A DNA stretch of 64,000 bases, taken from Bacilli bacterium (GTDB taxonomy: Bacteria; Bacillota_I; Bacilli_A; RFN20; CAG-826). The position numbers and the translations under genes are program-made. A model generated the notes under the pieces. The model was not told the origin of the DNA, searched no databases, and saw only the letters and a program-made list of their open reading frames with translations. The stretch covers positions 358 to 64,357 of the forward strand of contig JAZRZI010000029.1 of NCBI GenBank assembly GCA_045601325.1. Direction: 5' to 3'. Positions 37,360 through 47,270 of the stretch are shown one piece after another. The stretch's first letter is position 1. The number at the start of each line of letters is the position of its first letter.

Positions 37360-40099
37360 AACGTTTACCCCCTTTCTTTTTAAAAGAGACAAGCAAGATT
37401 AAAGCCACTCCTGAAAGTAAGGTTACTAATATGGCCATACTTGATAAATTACCTTTACAGCCTGATGATTTTTGTGGATTTGACGATGTATAGACAAGTC
37501 TAACTACTGTATTTCCATTAACTGCAATAGAAGTAACTTCTTGTTCGTTAATATAAGCTTTTAAGGTATATCCTTCTTTCGCGAACGTATCTAAATTTAG
37601 TTCTGTTCCGTTAGCGAAATATAAAACATATGAACTTGAATCCTTTAAACCTTCCACTAAGAAAGTAACTGAACATTGATCAACTACTTCATGAAATCTG
37701 CTTTCAAGATTCATATCTTCATAAACATAATCATTTTCAAAGTCCCATAATCTTCCGTTATAGTACCAACCAACGAATTGATATGAGATGTTACCATTTG
37801 ATTCTTTAACTGGATTTTCTATACAAGCGATATAGTCACCCACTCTATAAGTAACTGGATTACTTCCATCAAATGTCACTGTAACTTCTAATTTATCAGT
37901 TGCGATAATAGTCACTACAAGTGAAGTAGAGTTATTTGAATTATCAAAAGCAGTGATAGTGACTTTCCATGTGCCTTTGTTAATTGTGTTATGACTGATA
38001 GCGCCTTCTTGCCAAGAATATGTAATTTTACTTGTTACATCTCCATCGTTAACATCGTACGCGCTGACTTTGTTAGTAAATTCCATAACATTTGAGCCCG
38101 CTAAAACGCTATAAACTGATTTACCAGAATAAGATAAGATTGGTTTCTTATTATCCGCTCTTAATGTAGCGTTTTTAAAGGAAACTTCTCCATCACCAAG
38201 ATAGAAGTTATATAGGCTTCCAAGTTTATTTTTATTTGTTAATTTAACATTGGTTGCGTGTATATATGTGATGTCATCGATTGCTACCATTAAGCATAAT
38301 TTGTTATCAACTAGTTCAGAATAAACGAATAATGAATACCATTCATCATAGTTAAAGTTACCAAGAGCAGCAGTGCCTAATAGAATGCTGCCATTAGTGG
38401 CATCATATAAAGAAACTGTATTTTCTCTTAAAACAATTCTTAAACCATTTTGATTCTCACTGCCTAATATGAATAATACTGCAGCGCTTCCTTGGTTAAG
38501 AAGTTTATAGTCCATAAAGAACTTATATGAACTAATATCACCCGCATGAGAAGAAGAAAGTAGTGGATTAGTTTCATTTATCGTCGCGGTCTCTTTATCA
38601 AATACATCTTGGAAAGATAATGTTCCAATATAGTCCTCATCTTTTGGAGTCTCTGGTTTAGATGTAACCCATTTATCATTGAATAAATATAAAGTTACTT
38701 CATTTAATAAAGTATCGTAGAAAGGTGTATCTTCTGGAATATACAAGGTTGTGACCTTATATTCTGCGGTTGGTTTTAAAGCTTCTAAAGGAAGCACGAT
38801 ATACACATAGGATTTACCGTGTAAATAACTAACAATCGCATCAGGATATTTATATAATTGCACACCATTGACGGTGATGTTTTTACCAATTTCAGAATAT
38901 TTATTAGATAAATTAGTGCCATCAGCGACATGATTTTCTTTTAAGAAATCAACATCAGGTTGTCCAAAAGTAAGAATAGTTTGTCTATGCGTGCTATCAA
39001 GAGCAACGTTATTCCAAGCATCTGGAACTTCATTAAATGTGAACTTTTGATAATCGGATAAGTCTCTAGAATAAGTCCAAACACCTGCTGTGCCTAACTC
39101 ACCTCTAAATTCGAAAGTAATCTTAGGAAGATAAACATTATTGAAATGTAATCCTTCTTCTATAGAAATAGTTGGTATTTCATATTGTTCGTTAAACGTT
39201 AATGAATCGTGTGGAAGATAGAAATATAAACCATATTGTGGGAATAGGAAACATTTAGCGCCTTCAACATCTATGATATTAACTCCATTAACTTTAATTT
39301 TATAATCTGCATTTAAACCAATTCCTATAACACCTCTACCATTTGTAGTAATAGTGCCAAGAACTGTTTCTTCTAATGTTTTGCCTTCTTCTTTGAAGAA
39401 CGCGAGCATACAATAGCCATCAATAGGTGCACCATTGGCGTTTAATTCTCCAGACCATTGTTGACCCATAGTGGCGGAGTAATCTCTATTGTTCCAATCT
39501 ATTTTTTCAAAAGTTGAACTCTTCTTTTCGATAGGGGCAGGATTTACTTGCCATTCACCAAAGGAACCAAGCAAACCTCTATATTCAAATCTTGTCGCGA
39601 CAGTTTGGGCAGAACCATCGATTGACATACCTTCTAATATTTCGACAGTTGCGTATTCGTATTGATCATTAAAGGTAAGACTATTATTAGGCATATAAAT
39701 GAAAATGCCATTTTCTGGGTAAGCATATATAATTGCACCTTCAACTTCACTGCTTTTCACGCCATTGAGCAATACATAATCACTAACATTGCAACCTGGA
39801 AGATTGCTTGTTATAAGATTTTCATCAAAATGTTGTTGTGCGGATATATTAGTTGAGTAAAGTGCTAATAAAACATAACCACTTTGTGGAACACCATTTG
39901 TGGTAGTGTCTGGTGCCCAATGCATTCCGGAATTAATGGAATAATCGACGTTATTCCAACCAATGGTAGGTGTACCTACCAATTCTTCATCCGCTGCGTT
40001 AACGATCGTTTTGTCATTTTTAGAAACATTAGCTAACGTTAAAGTTCCTAATAACGCAAAGACAGATAAAGAAAGTTTAAATAATCTCTTTTTGCCCAT
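37352..40099 (-). CDS. large secreted surface protein (beta-sandwich domains paralogous to neighbouring genes) with a C-terminal GCKGN-TM-basic anchor
   Basis: Signal peptide. Shares the LYIPEDTPFYDTLLNEVTL-type segment with 32609..35701. The C-terminus is SGCKGNLSSMAILVTLLSGVALILLVSFKKKGGKRYE. Confidence 0.55.
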   Translation of the reverse strand: MGKKRLFKLSLSVFALLGTLTLANVSKNDKTIVNAADEELVGTPTIGWNNVDYSINSGMHWAPDTTTNGVPQSGYVLLALYSTNISAQQHFDENLITSNLPGCNVSDYVLLNGVKSSEVEGAIIYAYPENGIFIYMPNNSLTFNDQYEYATVEILEGMSIDGSAQTVATRFEYRGLLGSFGEWQVNPAPIEKKSSTFEKIDWNNRDYSATMGQQWSGELNANGAPIDGYCMLAFFKEEGKTLEETVLGTITTNGRGVIGIGLNADYKIKVNGVNIIDVEGAKCFLFPQYGLYFYLPHDSLTFNEQYEIPTISIEEGLHFNNVYLPKITFEFRGELGTAGVWTYSRDLSDYQKFTFNEVPDAWNNVALDSTHRQTILTFGQPDVDFLKENHVADGTNLSNKYSEIGKNITVNGVQLYKYPDAIVSYLHGKSYVYIVLPLEALKPTAEYKVTTLYIPEDTPFYDTLLNEVTLYLFNDKWVTSKPETPKDEDYIGTLSFQDVFDKETATINETNPLLSSSHAGDISSYKFFMDYKLLNQGSAAVLFILGSENQNGLRIVLRENTVSLYDATNGSILLGTAALGNFNYDEWYSLFVYSELVDNKLCLMVAIDDITYIHATNVKLTNKNKLGSLYNFYLGDGEVSFKNATLRADNKKPILSYSGKSVYSVLAGSNVMEFTNKVSAYDVNDGDVTSKITYSWQEGAISHNTINKGTWKVTITAFDNSNNSTSLVVTIIATDKLEVTVTFDGSNPVTYRVGDYIACIENPVKESNGNISYQFVGWYYNGRLWDFENDYVYEDMNLESRFHEVVDQCSVTFLVEGLKDSSSYVLYFANGTELNLDTFAKEGYTLKAYINEQEVTSIAVNGNTVVRLVYTSSNPQKSSGCKGNLSSMAILVTLLSGVALILLVSFKKKGGKRYE

Positions 40100-40225
40100 A
40101 AGAAGACCTCAACTTATCGTTTTCTAATTGAATTATAAAATAATTCTCAGTATTAGAAAAATTAGATTTTAACTTGTAATATCATTTTTTTGACATGCTA
40201 ATTATTATTTTTTCTAACTTTTTAT

Positions 40226-40258
40226 TAATAAAAAAGCCTAAGGTTTTCACCCTAGGCT
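40226..40258 (-). terminator. terminator between 40278..42122 and the four-gene surface-protein operon
   Basis: Hairpin agcctaagg..ccctaggct with a poly-T on the minus strand (AATAAAAAA on +). Confidence 0.55.
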
Positions 40259-40277
40259 AATTTGATTTTTTTAGAAA

Positions 40278-42122
40278 CTATTTAGTTTCTTTTTTCTTCT
40301 TTAAGAGCAATAAGACTGCGATAACAGAAACTGCTGCGATAGAAGTGATAATAACCATTAATGAAGGACTTGTTGGAGCTTCTTTTAATGCTGGGAAAAC
40401 ATTTGCTTTGTCTAACATATTTGTATCAGCTTTGAATTCTTCACCATTTGCGATTGCCCAGTTAGCTAATCTAATCCATGCTGGTTGGTACTCAACATAG
40501 TTGATTAAACCAACTTTATCCATATATGGTCTAGCATTGAATGCTTCTTTAGCGGCTTCATACCAACCTTCAGAAATACATTTGCCTGTACCTGGATCAG
40601 TAGTTGCAACATCATCCATGTGCATATAATCTCTGATGAAATTATCGCATCTTGTCTTGTTAAATAAGTTATTTGTGTTGAATTCGATGAAAACTTGATC
40701 TTCATCTATTCTGTACCATAATGGTGTGCCATCAGCAAAGAATTTAGCAGATGGGAAGATTGTTCCTTTTTTGAAAACAACTTTTGATGGACCGCTCATT
40801 TCAGCACTAGTTAATTGAATTAAATAGTCACTGCTTCCGTTGTCAAAATCAGCAAAAACAGCAGCTGTTATGATTTCAACGCCTTCGTCTGCTACAGCGC
40901 TAGTTGGAGTACGCCAATTAATTAATTGACCTTGTGAATTATAGACATCTAAGTTAGCTAATACACTAAACAATGTGTATGAAGCTGCATATCCGCCGCC
41001 GCCTAGGCCTCTTGCTTGACTTAATTTAGTTACATTAAATACAAAGTTTTGCATTGTGTTTGTTGGAGGGTCAATTGCTGTAAGACCACCAACTGTTTCA
41101 ATTTCATTTGTTTCAAATGTTGGGTGTAAAACATTGAAAGAACCGCCCCACATATCAGTTGGCCAACAAACTGTATCGTTTTTAGCAACATAAACTGTCT
41201 TTTCAGCATCTGGATTAGAGACGTTATTATAGAGTTGGAGTGATGGGAACATAGTTCCTTTTGGAATATATACCATACGTGTGTTTTTATATGAATTGGT
41301 AAATGCAGTGTTTGTGATGTTCACTGATAAAAAGTTTGCGTTTGCACCAGCGTAGTTTGTGTATGCTCCGCCATTGGAACCTAAACTTCTAAGTGATTCA
41401 CGAACGCCACCTCTAGAAATAATTTGGATATTGTCTAAGTAGTTCAAATTATCATGAGCGATGAAATGCTCTTCATCACCAAAGTCATTAACTGATAATT
41501 TAAATCCAGGCCAACTAGGGTTTGGATTGTTAGGAGAATACAATTCAACTTCTGTATCAACAAAAGTAACTTTATCTTCTCTTGTGAAGAATTCAGTAGT
41601 GCCATTTGGCATATAGAAGTTGTAGAAAGTTACATCTTCTTTAACGACATAAACCTTCTTAGCTCCGCCTTTGACTGTTTGATAGCTTGGGAATTCAGAA
41701 CCAGCTTTGATAGTTACTTGAGTAACGCCTGAATAATCAGGGTTAAAAATTGGGTTGATTGTCAAGCAAACTTCATGTGGATCGTTATGAATAGCAGCAC
41801 CAAAAACTGGAGAAGCTGGATTATTAAACGAAACGCTTTCATCACCATTAACATAAATACCATTCAAGTAGCTGTAAGATTGATAGTTAGCTAAGTTTGG
41901 TGTATCAATTGTTGCAGGACCATCATAATCGCTTAAGTAGAGACAAATCCATTGGTTGTAATGCATTCTAAAGTTATCAACTGTAACTTCAACTTTTTCG
42001 TAATCTTCAGCAGATGCTAATGCAAACGATTTAGCGGATTTTGCTGCAAGACCACCGAATGTAGCAGCACCCATAACCAAAGCAAAACTAAGCGCCGCTA
42101 TTTTTTTAGTAAATCTTTTCAT
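40278..42122 (-). CDS. secreted surface protein with a C-terminal TM anchor plus KKKK tail
   Basis: Signal peptide. Shares a ..GSEFPSYQ.. block with the downstream paralogues. The C-terminus has a hydrophobic helix followed by KKKKETK. Confidence 0.55.
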   Translation of the reverse strand: MKRFTKKIAALSFALVMGAATFGGLAAKSAKSFALASAEDYEKVEVTVDNFRMHYNQWICLYLSDYDGPATIDTPNLANYQSYSYLNGIYVNGDESVSFNNPASPVFGAAIHNDPHEVCLTINPIFNPDYSGVTQVTIKAGSEFPSYQTVKGGAKKVYVVKEDVTFYNFYMPNGTTEFFTREDKVTFVDTEVELYSPNNPNPSWPGFKLSVNDFGDEEHFIAHDNLNYLDNIQIISRGGVRESLRSLGSNGGAYTNYAGANANFLSVNITNTAFTNSYKNTRMVYIPKGTMFPSLQLYNNVSNPDAEKTVYVAKNDTVCWPTDMWGGSFNVLHPTFETNEIETVGGLTAIDPPTNTMQNFVFNVTKLSQARGLGGGGYAASYTLFSVLANLDVYNSQGQLINWRTPTSAVADEGVEIITAAVFADFDNGSSDYLIQLTSAEMSGPSKVVFKKGTIFPSAKFFADGTPLWYRIDEDQVFIEFNTNNLFNKTRCDNFIRDYMHMDDVATTDPGTGKCISEGWYEAAKEAFNARPYMDKVGLINYVEYQPAWIRLANWAIANGEEFKADTNMLDKANVFPALKEAPTSPSLMVIITSIAAVSVIAVLLLLKKKKETK

Positions 42123-42357
42123 AGAAAAGCCTCCAAAATATAAAAATTCGTAAACAAAATTAACTGTTTTTAGCTTTTTTGTCGATGAATTCTATTCTCA
42201 TTATATATTTAGGCATATACGCAATATACAAATTAAAAGAACAAAAATTATATATTTTCGACATTTCACCGCGTTATTTTTAGTTTTTGTAGCATTAATT
42301 CGCATTAGTTGAATATTTATTTGTGTATAATATCTTATTAGAAAACGGATAAAAAAC

Positions 42358-42843
42358 ATGACTAGTTTGTACAAGGATTGCTACTCTAATCAATTAACAA
42401 AAGAAAGAAAACAAAACATAGTTTTCATTTGGATTACGGTTACCTTAATGGTTGTTTCTATCCTTGTTTTTCTCTTGCTTGCAAATTACCACAACAAACT
42501 TTTATATAAGATTTTACTTTCTGTTTTTTTAGTAGTTGGCTCGTTCTTCTTGGTTTATTTAATTAGTAAATTTATCTACATAAAGAATTTGATTTATGAG
42601 TTTACATCAATAAAAAATGATCACGGATCTAAAATAGAAGGAATCATCGAATCAATCGGAGAAAAACCTATTACATTAGCAGACAAATCTAAAGTTTATG
42701 AAGTCTATGTGAAATATGATAATGAATCAGGAAAACTTTACTATCTTAGTGAGATATTTGATGTACGTTTTGAAGTTGGCAAAAAGTATAAATTTGTAGT
42801 GGCCTATGATTACATTAAGGAGTTTGAATTAGATGAAGACTAA
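42358..42843 (+). CDS. small membrane protein (2 TM helices), hypothetical
   Basis: Two hydrophobic helices followed by a soluble C-terminal domain. Confidence 0.4.
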   Translation: MTSLYKDCYSNQLTKERKQNIVFIWITVTLMVVSILVFLLLANYHNKLLYKILLSVFLVVGSFFLVYLISKFIYIKNLIYEFTSIKNDHGSKIEGIIESIGEKPITLADKSKVYEVYVKYDNESGKLYYLSEIFDVRFEVGKKYKFVVAYDYIKEFELDED

Positions 42844-43399
42844 GTTTAATTTCAAAGCCCATGTTCTTAATAAGCTTTTAACTTATGTGTTTTTGCTCAT
42901 TGTTATACCTATTTTGTCCTGTTATCTAGTGGACACTAAAACTGCTCCTAAAAAACACGAAAAGTTTTCTCTTTTTGTGGCAGCAGAATTAAAAGAAAAA
43001 TTTACTTTAAAAGAAGAACTTGAAGAGTTGTTCCCAGAAGATTTATTGGTTAAAGTAGAAAGCTACACTCCAAACGAAAGCATGTTCAATACCTTTGTTG
43101 ATACATATGGTGCAACTAGCGATGTTCTTATATTCCCTAAAAGTTATCTCGAGGATATTGAGTATTTCCCTTACAAGAAATTTAACGTTGGTGATAAATA
43201 TTATAGTGATTCTAACTTTATTAAATTCGATTTTCACTTTGGTTTGCTGATTAGTGATTCCAACTTAAAAGATTATATTAATTTTCTCGATGAAGATTAC
43301 TACTTAATGATTGGCCCTAATTCTGTTCACACGCTTAATATCTTTGAAGAAGGAAATACTGATCAAATTGATAGATTTATCGCTCATTTTTCAAATTAA
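42833..43399 (+). CDS. membrane-anchored hypothetical protein
   Basis: N-terminal TM helix. Overlaps the upstream gene by 11 nt. Confidence 0.4.
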   Translation: MKTKFNFKAHVLNKLLTYVFLLIVIPILSCYLVDTKTAPKKHEKFSLFVAAELKEKFTLKEELEELFPEDLLVKVESYTPNESMFNTFVDTYGATSDVLIFPKSYLEDIEYFPYKKFNVGDKYYSDSNFIKFDFHFGLLISDSNLKDYINFLDEDYYLMIGPNSVHTLNIFEEGNTDQIDRFIAHFSN

Positions 43400-43558
43400 A
43401 AATTATAACCTACTAATATCATTATAATTACTATCAAATATACTTAGTGTTAAATTGTTATTTTTTGCCCAAAAGTATATTTTTTATTACCTAATTGGTA
43501 ATTTTATTAATGTTCTATATTTAATTATATATAATTATGGAAAAGCCAGAATTTACAT

Positions 43559-44707
43559 ATGAAAGATTATGATTTTAGTTTAATTGAAAAGCATCTTTTA
43601 AAAGAATTGGAAACTAACAGGGTTGCTGGTTCTTCTTTGTTGGTTTACAAAGACGGCAAAATACTTTTTGACAAGAATTTTGGCTATGCAAATATTGAAA
43701 GGGGTTACAAGATTACAGATGATACCCGTTTTAGATTAGCGTCGATGACTAAACCTATTACCGCTGTTGCAACTGTGATTGCTCAAGAGATGGGTTTGTT
43801 AAATATTGATGACTATGTTTATAAATACATTCCTGAAGTAAAAGATCTTCCTATTAAAGACCTTGAAGATAAAGTTACTTTAGATTTGCCATTTAATTTC
43901 ACTATCAAACAATGTCTAAATCATTCAGCGGGTTTTGCTTCAAGCGCGATGGAAGCGACTAATCATAAATATCATGTAAAAGACTGCAATTTGCACGTAT
44001 TAAAAGATTTTATTCCATGCACAAAAGACTTTGGTTTGTTCTTTGAACCCGGCACTAAGTTTGGCTATAGTGGTTCCTTTGCTTATAACTTAGTAGCGAG
44101 AATTATCGAGATTACTTCAGGAATGACTTTTATCGAATTTTTAGATAAATATTTATTCAAACCATTAGGTATGAATCATACTTCTTATACATATGACAAA
44201 GGTGAAGAACAAAACAAAGCTATTTCCTATAGATCTGTAGATGGAAAATTAGAGTACACAGATGACGAGGACAGAGGCTTTGATTTATTTTATCCAGGTT
44301 TTAACTCTGGTGGTGCTGGTCTAATTTCCACTAAAGGTGACTATTTTAAATTTGCAATGATGCTTTATGGTAGAGGTATCTATAACGGAGTGAGAATCCT
44401 CAAAGAAGAAAGCTTTAATCAGATGTTAGAATACACCCCAACACCTAATTGCGATACTGGTGGTATTGAAACATTTGGTTTATCTTTCTATGTGAGAGCA
44501 CGTAAGTTTTCAGCGTGGCAAAAGCTTCCATATAACTGCTTTGGTTGGAGTGGTGCTTATGGCACTCATTTCTGGGTAGATCCAGACAACCATATGGTGG
44601 TTATTTACATGCATAATTCACTAACGTTTGGTGGAGCAGGAGCGCCTCAACACCTTCAATTAGAAAGCGATGTTGTTGATACATTTAAACTAACTAGACA
44701 TGAATAA
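43559..44707 (+). CDS. serine hydrolase of the beta-lactamase/PBP4*/esterase family
   Basis: S-x-x-K active-site motif (LASMTKPITA). Class C beta-lactamase-like length. No signal peptide. Confidence 0.75.
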   Translation: MKDYDFSLIEKHLLKELETNRVAGSSLLVYKDGKILFDKNFGYANIERGYKITDDTRFRLASMTKPITAVATVIAQEMGLLNIDDYVYKYIPEVKDLPIKDLEDKVTLDLPFNFTIKQCLNHSAGFASSAMEATNHKYHVKDCNLHVLKDFIPCTKDFGLFFEPGTKFGYSGSFAYNLVARIIEITSGMTFIEFLDKYLFKPLGMNHTSYTYDKGEEQNKAISYRSVDGKLEYTDDEDRGFDLFYPGFNSGGAGLISTKGDYFKFAMMLYGRGIYNGVRILKEESFNQMLEYTPTPNCDTGGIETFGLSFYVRARKFSAWQKLPYNCFGWSGAYGTHFWVDPDNHMVVIYMHNSLTFGGAGAPQHLQLESDVVDTFKLTRHE

Positions 44708-45236
44708 AAATATTTATAAACCTATTTCGTTTTGGAGCTGGAATGGCAATCTAGAAAAAAAGGAACTAATCAAACAAATTGATTGGATGCATGACCAAGG
44801 AATTGGTGGCTTTTTTATGCACGTTAGAGGGAGTTTGGGTGGTGAATATCTAAGCGAAAAATGGTTCGATTGGGTTTCTTCCTCTTTTAAAGACTTTAAT
44901 GATTATTTCGCAAATTTAGGTGAAAAACTTACCAACTCAAAAGAGTTTGTTAGTGTTGGAGTTATCTATTTTATTAGAAGCTGCTATTTTTCTTATAAGA
45001 ATCAAGATTCATATAACAGCATTAAAGACATCAAAGATAGTTTGACAGAGACTTGTGAAACTTTAAATAGATTCCATGTTCCTTTCAATATATTGGATGA
45101 AACACTATTGGAAGATGATGGTAGTGTTTCCTTTAATAAATTTAACCTCAATCTGATGTCATATGATGTTGTGATTTTGCCTAGAGTTTATACATTATCA
45201 AATAACACGACTAGATTGTTAAAGGAGTTCAATTGA
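44700..45236 (+). pseudogene. internally deleted relic of a paralogue of the large glycoside hydrolase at 56686..59622
   Basis: Residues 10-70 (FWSWNGNLEKKELIKQIDWMHDQGIGGFFMHVRGSLGGEYLSEKWFDW) align to residues 18-78 of the 978-aa enzyme. The last ~30 aa (YDVVILPRVYTLSNNTTRLLKEF) align to its region around residues 555-585. The ~480 aa in between are missing. Confidence 0.5.
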
Positions 45237-45238
45237 TT

Positions 45239-46273
45239 ATGAAAATCGTTTCAGAAAACGTCTATTTAGACACAGATGGCAACCCAATTCAAGCTCATGG
45301 TGGCTCAATTATTGTTGCCAACGACACATTCTATCTTTACGGGGAAAGCAAAGAGGGAGTGTTTGGAAAAGACGCTAACGGACACTGGCCAAAATGGCAC
45401 AACGGTATTAAGTATTATTCAAGTAAGGACTTAGTGAATTGGAAATGTGAAGGATACTTAAAAGAAGTTAGTGATGATCCTTGGAATCCTTTCTACCCAA
45501 TTTTTATCATGGATAGACCACACATCATCTTTAATAAAAAGACAAATAAGTTTGTTTGTTGGGTCAAATCTGGTTATGATATATTTACAAACACAGGTTT
45601 TTCAATTTTAGTGGGTGATAGTTTATCAACATTAAAATACAAAGGCATGATTTTTAGAAAAGAAGGTAACGTGGGTGACTTCGATTTATTCGAACAAGAT
45701 GGTAAGGGTTATATTGTTGTTGCAATGTATAACTATATGCGTTTATGTGAATTAAACGAAGACTATACAGACTTCGGTGAAGTTGAATCTGTTCACCTTC
45801 AGCAAACATATCCACCTTTCGTTAGAGAAGCTCCATGCTTCTTTAGAAGGAATGGTAGAAATTTCATCTTAACTAGCGGCACGACAGGGTATTACCCAAA
45901 TAGAACAATTGCCTATGATATCACTGATTTACATGGTGAATGGAAAGAACTTGGTTACACTTGTGTAGATGATAAGAACCACAACTCATTCCACGCTCAA
46001 TACAGTTCCGTTTTTAAAGTTCCAAACAAAGATTTATACATCGCTATTGGAGATAGATGGATAAACGACCCTGCAATTCAGGGTATTGATTATGAAGTTT
46101 TATTCGAACGTGTTTATAATCCAAATAGAGGTCCAGACTGGGACGAACATGTTCAAAGATTGAATGCTGTCAGCAGAGAAAATACATCTTTAGCGACATA
46201 TATATGGCTTCCAATTAAATTTGATGAGGGTGGCAATCCATATATCGAATATCAAAAAGAGTGGGAGTTATAA
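45239..46273 (+). CDS. GH43-like five-bladed beta-propeller glycoside hydrolase
   Basis: The N-terminal NPIQAHGGSIIVANDTFYLYGE and REAPCFF..G.NFILTSG segments resemble GH43 blades (catalytic Asp/Glu context). RBS AAAGGAG. Confidence 0.5.
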   Translation: MKIVSENVYLDTDGNPIQAHGGSIIVANDTFYLYGESKEGVFGKDANGHWPKWHNGIKYYSSKDLVNWKCEGYLKEVSDDPWNPFYPIFIMDRPHIIFNKKTNKFVCWVKSGYDIFTNTGFSILVGDSLSTLKYKGMIFRKEGNVGDFDLFEQDGKGYIVVAMYNYMRLCELNEDYTDFGEVESVHLQQTYPPFVREAPCFFRRNGRNFILTSGTTGYYPNRTIAYDITDLHGEWKELGYTCVDDKNHNSFHAQYSSVFKVPNKDLYIAIGDRWINDPAIQGIDYEVLFERVYNPNRGPDWDEHVQRLNAVSRENTSLATYIWLPIKFDEGGNPYIEYQKEWEL

Positions 46274-46292
46274 ATTCAAAACTCTTAAAAAG

Positions 46293-46325
46293 GAAAGGAT
46301 AGTTTACTATCCTTTTTATTTTTGG
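46293..46325 (+). terminator. rho-independent terminator after the GH43-like gene
   Basis: Hairpin aggatagt-ttac-actatcct followed by TTTTATTTTTGG. Confidence 0.65.
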
Positions 46326-46523
46326 TCGATAAAATGTTTTAAAATTGAGACTATAAAAATCGAAAATTTGAAATATTTTATATAAAAACCATATATATTT
46401 ATATGGGGGTCAAATGTAAAATTTGGTTATACCCGAAATTCATTAAATTTGTTCTAGACGTAATTTTATGAATAAGAAAAGATTTACTAATATTATTTAT
46501 AATAAGATTAAGTAAGGATAATT

Positions 46524-47270
46524 ATGCCAAACATCATTCTGGAAAATGTGTCTGTTAAATACAAATTAAGAAGAAGACGTTACATCAGTGCGACTGAAGA
46601 CGTCTCTTTCTCTTTTCCTAGTGATCAAATTACATGTATTATAGGCGACTCTGGTTGCGGAAAGACTTCTATATTACGAGCAATCATTGGATTAGTCGAT
46701 TTCACGGGTGATGTCTTATATGAGGATGTCTCAATTAAGAAATTTGATGTGAAAGATAGACATATATCCTATGTCAGTCAAAGTATTGGGCTATATCCAC
46801 ATATGTCTATCTATAACAACATTGCTTTCCCTTTAAAGGTTACAGGATGTCAAGAAAATGAAATTAGAGATAGAGTGGGTGAGGTGTCAGACCTCCTCCA
46901 TATTCGTTCTATTTTAGGAAGAAAACCTAGAGAAATATCTTTAGGACAAGCTCAAAGAGTGGCAATTGCAAGAGCTCTAGTTAAAAAGAGTATGATATAT
47001 CTATTCGATGAACCATTTTCTAATTTGGATAAACCATTATCTTTTGAATTGACCTCTGAGTTAAAAGCCATTTTTACGAGAAATAAAAGTACTGTTATTT
47101 TCGTGTCTCATAGTATCGAAGAAACTTTTTTATTAGCGGACAACATTGTTGTTATGCATGATGGAAAAATCATTGAAAGTGGTTCACCAAATCAAATTTT
47201 AGAATCAAGAAATGAAACCACAAAAGAATTGTTAAAGGAATTCAAGAAGAATCATGGCGAAGAAAAATAA
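46524..47270 (+). CDS. ABC transporter ATP-binding protein (short MsmX/MalK-like, no C-terminal regulatory domain)
   Basis: Walker A GDSGCGKTS. ABC signature LSLGQAQRVAIARAL. Walker B LFDEP. Confidence 0.85.
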   Translation: MPNIILENVSVKYKLRRRRYISATEDVSFSFPSDQITCIIGDSGCGKTSILRAIIGLVDFTGDVLYEDVSIKKFDVKDRHISYVSQSIGLYPHMSIYNNIAFPLKVTGCQENEIRDRVGEVSDLLHIRSILGRKPREISLGQAQRVAIARALVKKSMIYLFDEPFSNLDKPLSFELTSELKAIFTRNKSTVIFVSHSIEETFLLADNIVVMHDGKIIESGSPNQILESRNETTKELLKEFKKNHGEEK

